Shown here: positions 43,484 through 64,000 of the stretch, piece after piece
Numbering within the stretch: the first letter of the stretch is position 1
How the letters are laid out: each line of letters starts with the position of its first letter
Assembly: GCA_963693365.1 (NCBI GenBank)
Contig: CAVNZM010000005.1
Coordinates: forward strand, 6,579,167-6,643,166
Direction of reading: 5' to 3'
Length of the DNA stretch: 64,000 bases
Source of the DNA: Amoebidium appalachense
Taxonomy: Eukaryota; Protista; Ichthyosporea
Program-made: the position numbers and the translations under genes
Notes under the pieces: generated by a model
What the model saw: only the letters and a program-made list of their open reading frames with translations
Databases searched by the model: none
Told to the model about the DNA's origin: nothing

Positions 43484-45939
43484 ATGACTTCTCGTCTTCA
43501 GCGTAAGCAGTCTGTACTTCTTCCCGGCCTGCCGGAGAAGAATCAGGCAGCTGCCGAGAATGAAGCCACACGCATTGGTCACCATGCCAAGCTCAACATC
43601 TATTCTGAGCCCAGCATGATGCGCCGCACGGGCATTATCTGCACTATCGGCCCTAAGACTGGCACTGTCGAGATACTTACGAAGCTGCGCCAGGCCGGCA
43701 TGAACGTTATGCGTCTAAACTTCTCCCACGGCTCTTATGATGTAAGTTGGGGTTGAACGTGGTGAGGGGAGGGTACAGTCACAAGTTGCTTAGTTGTAAT
43801 TTGTGAACTGAATGGGTTGGGGAAAGGGGGGGGAGAGAGAGAGAGAGAGAGAGAGAGAATCTGCTAATTTGTTGGTATAGCCCACGTTCTAGACGCAAGC
43901 ACCTAGATCTGCTACAGCTCGCTTCGAGCCTGCCTTGATTCTGCCTGGCCTCCCCTCTTCCTCCCGGCACCACCGACACCTCCCTCCCTCTCTCTTTCCC
44001 CTGCCCCCTACCTCCGTCCCTCCATCTGATTTCCTCTGGGAGTCCTACTGATGTGGGCTTTGCTAATGTTATGGATCCGGGTGCTGCACGCCTTGTGTCC
44101 CCGTGCTTCCACATGCTGGGTGTCTACTTCTCAACTGCCTGTTTGTATGCTCCGGTGTGACTCTCTTGCAGTTCCTTAGGGCTTCCTGCAGATATTCAAG
44201 TATATTCTGTTTGTTTTGGTACTCTCTCTCGATCCCTTTTCCTTCCCCCTTGTCCCTCTCTGTTTTATGTAACACGAGTCCTCGTGCTCCCTCTGCTCCT
44301 CCTTTGGGAGCGGCTCCCTTTTTGCGTCCCCATCAGTTATACTACTCCCCTGCTTCCCCTGCCCTCCCCCCCCCCCCCCCCCCCCCCCTCCCTCCCTGCT
44401 TGCCCCTTACCCTCTCACCCTTCACTGTCTCCCGAGCCCATCTCCTTTCCGTTATGCTTCAAATCTGCTCAAATGGCGTCTAATAGGGTAACCCGATTCC
44501 GTACACCGTCGTCCATATAGCTTGTTCCTCCCCCCCCCCCCCCCCCCAAAACACACATCTGCTCAAGTGGTATCTACCTTGTTTCCCCTCCCCTTCTCCC
44601 CCCCCTCCCCCACATAACATAAGAACAATACATAGCTTTGTGCCCCCACACCCTCCTCCCCTCCCTCCCCTCTGATGCTTTGTCGTATCAACAGCTTGTT
44701 GTGCCATGCACCCACATTCTCACCCCCCTCCCCCCCCCCCCCCCTCCCTCCCCCCCCCCCTCCTCAGTTCCACGGTGGTCTTATTGCCAACCTCCGCGAG
44801 TCGTGCGCCAAGTTCCCCGGCCCGCCCGTTGCCATCGCCCTCGACACGAAGGGTCCCGAGATCCGCACGGGTATCCTTAAGGACGGAGATGTTAAGTACG
44901 AGGTTGGTGACGAGGTGACCATGCACCTGGACGAGAAATACTTCGAGATTGGCACCAAGACTGACATCTACGTCGACTACAAGAACCTGCCCAAGGTGAT
45001 TGACGTTGGCGGAATTATGTTCATCGACGACGGCCTGCTGTCGTTCGAGGTGACGGAGAAGGGTGCCGATTTCATCAAGGCAAAATGCCTTAACGGAGGC
45101 CTTTTGGGAAGTCGTAAGGGGTGCAACCTCCCGAACGTGAATGTGGATCTTCCGGCTCTTTCCGACAAGGACAAGAGCGATCTTCGGTGGGGCGTGGCGC
45201 AGGGTGTCGACATGATTTTCGCCTCTTTCATCCGCAAGGCGTCGGACGTCGTCGAAATTCGTCAGTGTTTGGGAGAGGACGGGAAGAACGTGAAGATCAT
45301 GGTGAAGATTGAGAACCACGAGGGTGTCCGGAACTTCCCCGAGATTCTCAAGGAGACGGACGGTGTGATGGTTGCACGCGGTGACATGGGCATTGAGATC
45401 CCGGCTGAGAAGGTTTTCCTTGCGCAGAAGATGATTATCGCACAGTGCAACATGGCCGGAAAGCCCGTCATCTGTGCCACACAAATGCTCGACTCCATGA
45501 CGTACAACCCCCGCCCTACCCGCGCCGAGGTGTCTGACGTCGCCAACGCCGTCCTCGACGGCGCGGATTGCGTGATGCTTTCAGGCGAGACCGCAAAGGG
45601 TAACTACCCAGTCGAAACAGTGACGTTAATGGCGAAGATTTGCCGGGAGGCGGAGGCTGCGTTCCTTTACAAGGCTGTGTTTGACGATTTGAAGATTCTG
45701 TGTGAGACCCCCACCACCGCCGAGACTGTTTCGCTCGCAGCCGTCGAGGCGTCGTTCAAGCAGAAGGCAGGAGCCATCATTGTTCTCTCCACCTCTGGGT
45801 ACACGGCACAGCTCATCTCGAAGTACCGCCCTCAGGCTCCCATTCTGCTGGTCACCCGCGATGCACAGGTGTGTAATGTTTGCCTTTTCTCTTTCATTCT
45901 CTCTCTCTCCCTTTCTCTCTCTCTCTCTCTCTCTCTGTC

Positions 45940-45970
<31 letters not shown>

Positions 45971-46091
45971 ACACACACACAGCTTCTCCTTCCCACCCTC
46001 TCAGCCTGTTGCTTTCTGTTTCACCCTTCCTCCCCCCCCCCTCCCTCCCTCTCTCTCCCTCTCCCCCCTCCCTCTCTCTCCCCCTCCCCCC

Positions 46092-46138
<47 letters not shown>

Positions 46139-46340
46139 ACACACACCTCTTCCCCACACATGGGCCGAAACAACCTTTACAACACACTAAATGCATATCC
46201 AAGCCAGCAATCCATTGTGCAACCCTCCACCCCCCACCCACCCCGTCTCCCTCTCCAACCTTTCCGTCCATCTCTTTGCTTGCTGCCTTACTTCCTTATT
46301 CCACCTCCTTAGACGTACAGCCCACGGCACTACCACTATC

Positions 46341-46388
<48 letters not shown>

Positions 46389-46478
46389 ACACACACACAC
46401 CTCCATCCAACACACACACACACCCACATTCCTTGCCTTCTCCACACTCAAACCACACACCGCCACACATCCCCCCGT

Positions 46479-46519
<41 letters not shown>

Positions 46520-46867
46520 CACCCACCCACCCACCCACCCCACCCCTCCTCCTCCCGCAGAGGGCCCAAAGACATTGCCCATAAACATATGTAGTCCCCA
46601 CAATTCTAATTCTTTCTTCTTTTTCTTCCTTTATAGGTTGCTCGCCAGGCAAACCTCAGCCGCGGTGTGTTCCCCCTTCTCTACACAGACGACCAAGCCA
46701 CCATTTTCCAGGACGACGTGGACAACCGCATCAACTGGGCACTCAACGAGGCACTGAACGCCAACTTTGTGCACCCTGGAGACAATATCGTCGCTGTACA
46801 GGGCTGGCGCGGTGGTATCGGTCACACTAACACCATGCGCGTGCTGCAGGTCCCCAGCGTTCATTAA
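43484..46867 (+). CDS. PYK: Pyruvate kinase (529 aa); exons 43484-43741, 44768-45868, 46637-46867
   Basis: Motifs [73 protein letters not shown] and GHTNTMRV are all present. Both introns are phase-0 GT-AG. Confidence 0.98.
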
Positions 46868-48115
46868 AGAAACATTCATTTTCATTATGGAAAAGAAAAA
46901 AGAGAAACATGTAAGAACCGGGTCGGGTCGGGTCGGACCGGGTTAGGGATCGTGACGGTTCGGGTGCCTGGTTCGGTATGTTTGAACGGTCTTCGGGTTG
47001 TTGGGCTTTTGCATGCATTTTCATCCTTACTAAATATAACGTGTTTACGGGCTTGGGGTTGTAATTAGGTCGGATTTGTGTGTGAGCACCAGCCTGTCCG
47101 GGAATTTGACGAAACCGGTCGTGTATTCTGTTTTTTACTTTTTTTTTTTTCTTTTCTGATAGAGAAGGAATAGGATCGGATTTTCTAATGCCTTATATGG
47201 GCAAGTGATGAGTGAGACGATTGGTCGGTCCACGGGAACGGGCACGGCCAAGATTGGAATTTGGTTTGTTATTTTGACTGTGTGCATATGGTATTTGGAA
47301 CCAACACCAGGCTGGAGAATGAACCAATCAAATAGTTCCTTAATTCCATAAATAAAACTAGTCATTGAAACAGTACCATCGTTACTCTATGAATGTGGCA
47401 AGGAATTTTCCTCTTCTTGGCCCCTGGGACATATGCACACCCTACCACCACTTGTTACAGTATTCACACGCATACTTTGATCGCACATTGCATGTATCCC
47501 GTTCGCTAATCGGCACGACCTACATACCTCACCAGAAACATCTTACTACTTCCCTCAGCTTCCATGCAAACAACTGCTCTGTGCGTACTCGAATCTACAC
47601 ATTCCCCCCCCCCCTCCCCGCCTTTCCCTTCCCACTCTCCAAATGTCATCCCTTCCCGCCCCCCTACCCCCCCGCCTCCCTCCCTAAGGCTCCCTCCCCC
47701 GCCCTATGCCCCTCCCACTGTCAACACAGTATGATCCCCCCCTCTCCCCCTCCGCTACCCTTTGCCCTTCCCACTGCCCATATATCATGATTCCCTCCTT
47801 TCCCCTTCCCTCTCCCCCCCTGCCCCTTGCACTTCCCACTGTCTCAACATCATCCCCCCTCTTCCCCCCCGGCTCCCCCCCCCCCCCCCCCCGGGGCCCT
47901 TTGCCCTCTGCCCTTCCCACTCTGTCCATACATCATCCTCCCCCCTCCCCCCCTGGGCCCGCCCCCCGTCTTTGCCCATACACTCTGTCCACACATCATC
48001 CCCTCCCCCCCCCTCGTCCCCTGCCCTTTGCCCTTCCCATTTGTCCCACCTCTAGCAAAAGTGTAATATAGTGTTCATGATAATCGAGCGTGAAGTAATC
48101 CCCCTCCCCCCTCCC

Positions 48116-48147
<32 letters not shown>

Positions 48148-48263
48148 ACTACTCTTACTACCACCAACACAATAAACACAAACACACACCTCTTTTTGCC
48201 ACGAGAGTAAGCTTTTCCATTTTCCATGCCTGTGTATGGCTTGATAAGATCCTCCCCCCTCCC

Positions 48264-48307
<44 letters not shown>

Positions 48308-48339
48308 CCTCCCCCCACCACAGCTAGATGTGCATGTAC

Positions 48340-48415
48340 ACGTACATGGTGTTGTTTGGGTCCGACGGTCCGTTCTAAATGTGTACTCCGTATTCTGTAA
48401 CGCATTCTAAACCCA
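48340..48415 (+). mobile_element. Repeat family 1, 3'-end fragment
   Basis: tgtgtactccgtattctgtaacgcattctaaaccc versus family tgtgtacttcgtactttttgacgcattcaaaccc. Confidence 0.55.
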
Positions 48416-48777
48416 ACAACCCCACGTTTCTCCATCATGGCCGGGGCATGCACACAAACCGTGTCACACGTCAAGTTGAACACAGAGCACAGAACACGCG
48501 CGCACACACACACATACACAATGCCACGCGCACAGGGACACATACTATGTGACTTACGCGTGCGCATGCGCGAACACACACACACGCACACACACGCACA
48601 CGTACACCTGATACAGACGTCTATCATGCATCGATTGTGCACAGCACAGCCAGCTGACAATGCATGCACACAATGCATGCACGCTAAGTGGTGTAACTGC
48701 CTCTAGGCAGGTCAAAGAATACCCTGGCTAAATGGAACCAGTCAAAAAAAGAAAACGTGATGAGGGGCGGGGGCTTT

Positions 48778-48821
<44 letters not shown>

Positions 48822-49148
48822 GAGGGGGGGGGAGGGAGGGGGGGGGGGGGACGGGCACGTCAGGAGCTACCAATAGAGAGAAGGGGGAGAGATGATTGGA
48901 GGGGGGTCTTTCAGCTAGCCTTATATAGGCAAAGAAAAGTTACAAGGATTCAAGCGATTGGTTGCTTGAGACCCCTTTTGCCAAATTTGGATAACAGATC
49001 ACACACTGCTGTTGGTGTCGGTGGGGGCCTGAGGGGTGGGCTCTGCCAGGATATGAGTAGGGGTGGCTGGGGCAATAACCCTGGGCAAAGTATGTGCGTA
49101 TAGTTAGGTTTGCAGTGAAGGATTGCTTAGCTTATCGGAGTACATAGA

Positions 49149-49198
49149 TAGCACCCTAACTAGAGTACTGTTGGTGCTGTGTGGAAGACGGCAGTTCC
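49149..49198. repeat. Dispersed repeat family 2, second copy
   Basis: Reverse-complement match to 2695-2744. Confidence 0.75.
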
Positions 49199-49883
49199 AC
49201 ACGGTAGTTTCCCTAGAGGGTCTGCAAAGGTCCCCCGGAAACAAAACGTGATTAAGAAGAAAAAGCCAGGATACGAATAGCATTGTGCACTCACCGGAAC
49301 CACGGGCCACCACGGTACCACCACGTACCCTAGAAGACGTTGATTTTCTCTAAGCCTTTTTTTATTCTATCATTGACAACTTCCATTGGCTAGTTATATA
49401 ATAAAATAAACGGTGTGAAACTCTCAGAGGCCAATCACACGCCACTGTCAGACACCAATGTCAAGCTCCTCCTCCCTCCCCCCCCACCCCCCCCCCCCCC
49501 CTCCCCCCCCCCCCCCCCCAAAAAAAAGAAAGAAAGAAAGAAACTCCCCCCCCCCCCCCCAGCCCTCTTTTTCTCCCGCAATAGCACCCCCATCCAAATA
49601 TGGCAAATCGGGTGAGTGGTTGATCAAGTGATTGGCATTTTGTTTGGTGTAAAGTTCATTTGCTCGAGGACCACCCAAATAAGGAAATTATGCATCGTTT
49701 TTGCGAAAGGAGGCCCTAAGAACATGTACGTGTAAAGTTTATCACACCGTTCAGGCTGTGCCGAAAGCACAGTCTGATGATATTGTGTTTGTGGCTCTGA
49801 CTGATCGAAATACGTCTCTTTCTCCCTCTCTCGGTTCCCTTTATCTCCCTCCCTCTTCTCTCCCTCCCTCCGTCCCTCCCTTA

Positions 49884-49915
<32 letters not shown>

Positions 49916-49939
49916 ACTCACACACACGCACACACACAC

Positions 49940-50270
<331 letters not shown>

Positions 50271-50777
50271 TCCCTCCCTCTCTCGGTTACCTCTATCTCC
50301 CTTTCTCCGTCCCTCTCCCTCTCTCCCTCCTTCCCTCCCCTCCTCCCCTCCCTCTCTCTCCTCCCCCCCCCCCCCCTTCCCCCCTTCTCCCTTTTTCTCT
50401 CTCCCTCCCTCCCTCCCTCCTCTCCCCATCTCCTTAACTCCCCCCCCCCCCCCCCCTCCCCCTACTTTTTCTCTCCGTCTCCCTCTCAACATCGCTTTCT
50501 CTACCCTCCTCCCCATGTCTCTCTGTAGCTGCCTCCTTCACTGCTCCTCTCTACCTTTTATTCTCTTCTATAGCTCACCCCCTCCCCCCCTCCCCCCCCC
50601 CCCCCCTCCCCCGCCTCCCTCTCCCCCCTCCCCCCCCCCCCCCCCCCCCCCCCCCCTCCCTCCCCTTCCCCGCAACTCCCCCCCTCCCCCCCCCCCCCCT
50701 ACCCAACCACCACCACCACCACCGCTCAGGCTCACTAGGTGATTCTGGTCCTCCGAGTCGGGTCCTATCACCATCTA

Positions 50778-51048
50778 TTCCCTTCCCCACGATGATATCA
50801 ACTCGGATTGTCTTCGTGAGAAGGATATCTATTCCATATTTGGCTTATCCATTCAATAACATTAGATGATCTCAAAGAAAAGGAGATGGATATATGACCT
50901 AAATTCAATGATTCCCTTCACCACGATCATACCAACTCGCATTGTCTCCGTGAGAATTAAATATCAATAATTCTGTATTTGGAAGTTGGCATATTCATTC
51001 AATACTTTAGATATATCTCAAAGAAAAGGCTATGGAGATGACCTACAT
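50778..51048. repeat. Diverged ~133-bp tandem duplication
   Basis: attcccttc.ccacgat.ata.caactcg.attgtct.cgtgagaa...cattcaata...tctcaaagaaaagg...atgaccta occurs twice. Confidence 0.8.
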
Positions 51049-51901
51049 GTGTGTAAATCGATCATTACCAAAAAATATGGAAAAAGCACAACACAAGGAA
51101 TAGTAACATTTTGTTTGGCAAAAATAGCAGCAGTCCCTGTTTACGAGTTGCTGGAGCAGAGGTGTGAGTGGCCATGGTGGCTGGGGAAAGTATTTGGAAC
51201 TTTCTGCAGAAAGAGGATCGCTGGGGAGAATATTTTAAAAGGAAAACGGCGACAGCACAAGCAGTATCTGTGCAAAGTGGTAAGGAATGAGGAATAAGGG
51301 GGAGAGTTGGGAGGAGGGGGGTGGGGATATAGAGAGAGAGACTCGCGAGAGGGGAGCTGGGGAGATAGAGACTCGGGGGGGAGGGGAGGGGGAGGGAAAC
51401 TAGGGAGGGGGGAGAAAGAGACGGAGAGCAAGGGACGGGGGAAAACAGCCACCAACAACGTACCACCGCCATATCACCGCTATCCCTCAGATAATCCATG
51501 CCCAGAAGCACCACTACACAGCTGCAACAACCATGACAACCAAAACGACAACCGCCACCACCTGCCCCCCCCCCCCCCCCCCCCCCCCCTCCCCCCTCTC
51601 CCCACACCTTTGGGCCCGTAAACTAGAGGAGCATGCCTACACGAATAATGCGGCCATCTTTTGTACAGTACATACCGTGCACGGTTTCGGTGTAGAACCT
51701 CAACAATATTATTCAATAATATGGTTGATTTTACGCGCAGCGAATACGGATTTCTATATATCCCTTTCAAATAGTGTTTTGTTCGAAAAACAACTTTCAA
51801 CCAAGCATTCATAGCTATGGATATCGGAGTAAAGTTGGAGCAAACCACCTTTTCATTTTTTTCCATGACTTGTTCGTTTTGTCTAATTAACAAAACGAGG
51901 T

Positions 51902-51940
<39 letters not shown>

Positions 51941-52263
51941 GAATCGACGTCGACGGGGTGGGATGTGCTGTGCAAACATACGAGATTCGATTAGGTGCCA
52001 GGCCGGGTACCGTAGCAATATAGATACAAAACATAAATAACCGTCATATTATATGCATACAACCGCCTTGCGCACGCCGCTGAGGTTACGGAAGGTAAAT
52101 CTGGTCCCCTCCCCCCCCCCCCCCCCCCCCCTCGAGCTCCCCCTTCCTCCAAACCCCCTCCCCCCCCCCCCCTCCTCCCCCCCTCTCCAACCCCCCCCCC
52201 CCCCCCCCCCCCCCCAGGTTCCCAACCCTCCGATCGATCCCTCCCTCCGCCTCCCCCGCCGCC

Positions 52264-52323
<60 letters not shown>

Positions 52324-52591
52324 GGCAACATATACAGCGGTGCATACAGCACGTTGCCTCGAGACTTGCTGAACTAATTCAATATTATTATGCAATCAAC
52401 TCATCGAAATAGTATATTCAATGTGACTACCTTCTATAGCGAAATGCATCCCAATCCGAGTCAACCGCATACTAATTATAAGATAACAAGCTACTAATAT
52501 TAGCTTGATCAAATCCCCACTCCCCCCCCTCCCCCACCCCCAAACACATACACCGTGACACACACACCGACACATCCCCCTCCCTCCCTCC

Positions 52592-52625
<34 letters not shown>

Positions 52626-53119
52626 CCTCAACCCACCCACCCGGCTACCCACACATGTACAACAACATCATGTACACAAAGAAAAAGCAAACAATTTGAA
52701 ACATTCAAAAAAAAACTTCAACACCATCACCACCACCACACCCACTTCCATTACCACCACCGCCATGAGCTGCGCCCAGTACCTGTTCTAATTATAACAC
52801 GCCATGACACATGTTATCCACGGGCATGCATCATCCGTGAGTCAATGATGATACATGTACAGATTCGAAGGTCGGGGGGGCGAGTGGAGATAAAACCCAG
52901 CCCTAGCCGACCTGTTCCTGAGACTGCTCTATCATTTTTTCTATATTAGAACCGCCATAATGAATAGAGTGTTTGTGTCCCTTTGCACACGTGTTAGCGC
53001 TGCACGTGCATGCCTACGTCATTGTGCTCGCACGTGTTTTCCTTAGATGAGGAACTGCACAAAAAGATGACTCTTACATCGACACAACCGAGTCGGCTGT
53101 AGCATGTTAACGCCCCGAT

Positions 53120-53212
53120 GGGATTGGTCAGTAATTAGGTGACCAATCAATTAACGCCTATTCATGGTGTGACCAATCGGAAACAAGAATTCTGGAGATG
53201 TGTGATTGGACG
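53120..53212. promoter_or_regulatory. Cluster of four CCAAT boxes upstream of MELK
   Basis: ATTGG at 53123, CCAAT at 53143, CCAAT at 53173, ATTGG at 53205; three share TGACCAATC. Confidence 0.45.
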
Positions 53213-55497
53213 TGCTTTCGTTGAATAAAGTCATTGTTGACAAAATCATATGTCGTTTGAGCGGCTTTGGCGACGACTGTAATGATTATTGAATGTGATA
53301 AATTGAAAAACATAAAGCTAAATGCAAGTTTTATGAATACAGTAATCATGTTGACAACCAATCGTGATAGTATATTTATATGAATGTCTGGACGTTCACG
53401 TCGGTTCGCGTTCACTCACGCCATCATCTATGACTCGCCCAGCAGTTTTGATTATTCAATCAACATCGGCTGGAAGTGAGTGGCAGTTAGCCTTATTTGG
53501 GTGATAAGTTTCCGAAGACTCTTTGCTGGTAAGAAATATAAGCCAAAAAGCACCGGAGAATAGCTATAGCTTTAGATACATAGATATGTAACTAGATATT
53601 ACTATTTTCATCGGTATTAGGTCTAATATAGTCATGACACACTCCGATTCCACGTACCCGGAGCTGGGAGCTCTTATCACACCATCATCCCTTCCGCTCT
53701 ACTATTGGCTTACAATCACGCAGCGCGAGGTACCGCTTTTCCTCTCTGCCTCCTGGTACGCTGTGCGGGGGCCCCAGTCTCCCGTGTGCAGCCATCGAGT
53801 TTGGGTCGCCTAGTCCTCTCTTCGGCTGTTAGCGGGCGAACGTTCCGCGCTGTCGTTTTTCCATACCCCGTTTTCTGTCTATCCGCACATATGTCCTCCC
53901 AAGAGTTGGTAAGAAGACCTGTCAGTTGAGCTGCTTTCGTACGTTGGAAAAGTAGTGAAGTAGCTTCTTCCGAATGATATAATCAGTGGTGGTGGATACG
54001 AGGTTGTATCTCTCCGTTTTCAAATGCAGGCTCGTGTTTTCGAGCGAGGAAAGCAACGAGACCAACTAGACTCTCTAGCTGTCAATACCGTTAGTTTTAG
54101 GGCAGGTACAGACGCTGGAAATCCCAGGGACACTTTTCCTTCCAGACAGTTTCATGAGTCCAATCAGTAACCCCACACACAGCGACACCACACTCGCACA
54201 TTTGCAGTAGCATTTTCAAACGTATTCCATTGTTCTTCACGTTCTACTTTCAACCCAAAGAACTACTGGAACGGGGAAAGATTATTGGTATTCAAATAAT
54301 TGTCATTTATTTGAACAAAATTCATCTCATGTATTTGCTTTTTTCCTCCCCGCCCTAGACTCAATGGATGGGGTCGAGAGCACACACGGTACACACATGT
54401 GAGACAAACACAAACCACTTACAAGCAGGCTGCTGAACTGCACACTTTTGGAACAAAACATAGAACTCTCTCAATTTATGCTAACCTATTCGTACTACAC
54501 CATTTTAAGGAAGAAGGGATAAAGTGAACAGATCTACCGGTCAGTACATTTTGTTCCCTCCATTGCATCAGTGGGATTCACGGGACGCAGATATTCGCAG
54601 TCAACACTTTGGTACAGGGAAGGAATTATTTAGTGACAAACTTAGTCAGATACCTCTAATTAGAAATTTCCATTTACATACACACATTTTTCTCTATTGG
54701 GATTGCTGTCATTGGGCATGATAGTCGCCCCTATACATTCTGTTCCAGAGATTCCCCAGTGGATGTTTTCTCTCTTGGTGTCTTTAGTGTCCGAGCAAGA
54801 GATTAGAAACTGAACCGTATTGGTTGTTTTTGTACGAGTGGTGTGTGTGGGAGCGGCAGCAGAATAGTGGGAGATGTGGTGGTTGTTATTTTTTGTTTGG
54901 GAGGAGGGGGGGGGGGGGGGGGAGAGGGGGGGAAGGGGGGGGGGGAGGGGGGGGGGGAAAAGGGGGGAAAAGGGGGAGCGCAGTGGAGAAGGGGGAGAGG
55001 TTGGGGGTGGGGGGAGGGGGGCGGGGGGGGGGGGGGAGGGGGAAGGGGTGGAGAAGAAGAAACCGTGGATTCAAAAGGGGAATGCATGTGCTTCTTTTTC
55101 TTATTGCTTTGTATTTGGTTCTGCATGGGTTCGTGTAGGTCCTGTATTTTTTAGTATGCTGCTGGCATTTGCTGTGGACGAATGGAAGTTTTTTCCTCGC
55201 GATGGACGTCCGGGGGAGGGGTGGAAGTGAGGAACAAAATTGCGCATGAATGCAACATGGGAGGGTGGGAAGAGGGGGGAGGAGGGGGGGAAAGAAAAGA
55301 AATCATAAGGTGTGTCACACAGTCACCTAGTAATGACGAAAGAAGCTCACACTTCGAGTGGAGGAAGAGAACGAGAGCGAGAAGAAAAAAACATCTAACA
55401 CCCAGCCGTTAACATACCTGTTGCTGTCACATTTGAATGATAATGATTTTTTCTAATTTTAATGTTATTATTAATTGCAGTGTTGGCGGGCTGGATC

Positions 55498-63905
<8,408 letters not shown>

Positions 63906-63909
63906 GTAC

Positions 63910-63955
<46 letters not shown>

Positions 63956-64000
63956 CTGCCGTGGAGCCCTCCTCCCCTTCCATCCTAAAGCCCTTTTCTC

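Noticed and set aside
46917-46975. (GGGTC)n and one TTAGGG in the PYK 3' region as a telomeric remnant
   Set aside because: Only a single TTAGGG, too short to support the claim.

Overview
Eukaryotic, intron-rich genomic DNA. GT-AG introns are packed with poly-C/poly-G, (CA)n/(GT)n and (CT)n/(GA)n tracts, which generate most of the spurious ORFs in the six-frame track. The gene content suggests a unicellular opisthokont, possibly an animal relative; this is inference. I reconstructed nine genes by manual splicing: (1) the 3' end of a COP9 signalosome subunit 9 microprotein; (2) a six-exon gene for a TRF2/HOY1-PH-like protein ending in a CaaX motif; (3) a three-exon gene whose ATG lies 10 bp from the ATG of gene 2; (4) an intronless class-C-GPCR-like membrane protein; (5) an AlkB-family dioxygenase; (6) a disordered protein with RKKS motifs; (7) a TMEM177 homolog with an intact M48-type HExxH site; (8) pyruvate kinase; (9) a MELK-type kinase running off the window. 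Non-genic highlights are a dispersed repeat family (about a dozen copies, poly-C flanked, one shared end, sense-oriented in host introns, with a degenerate hammerhead-like motif), tandem duplications of 3' splice sites, and acceptors lacking U-rich tracts. Four gene models need a 1-nt correction at G/C homopolymers, probably assembly errors.
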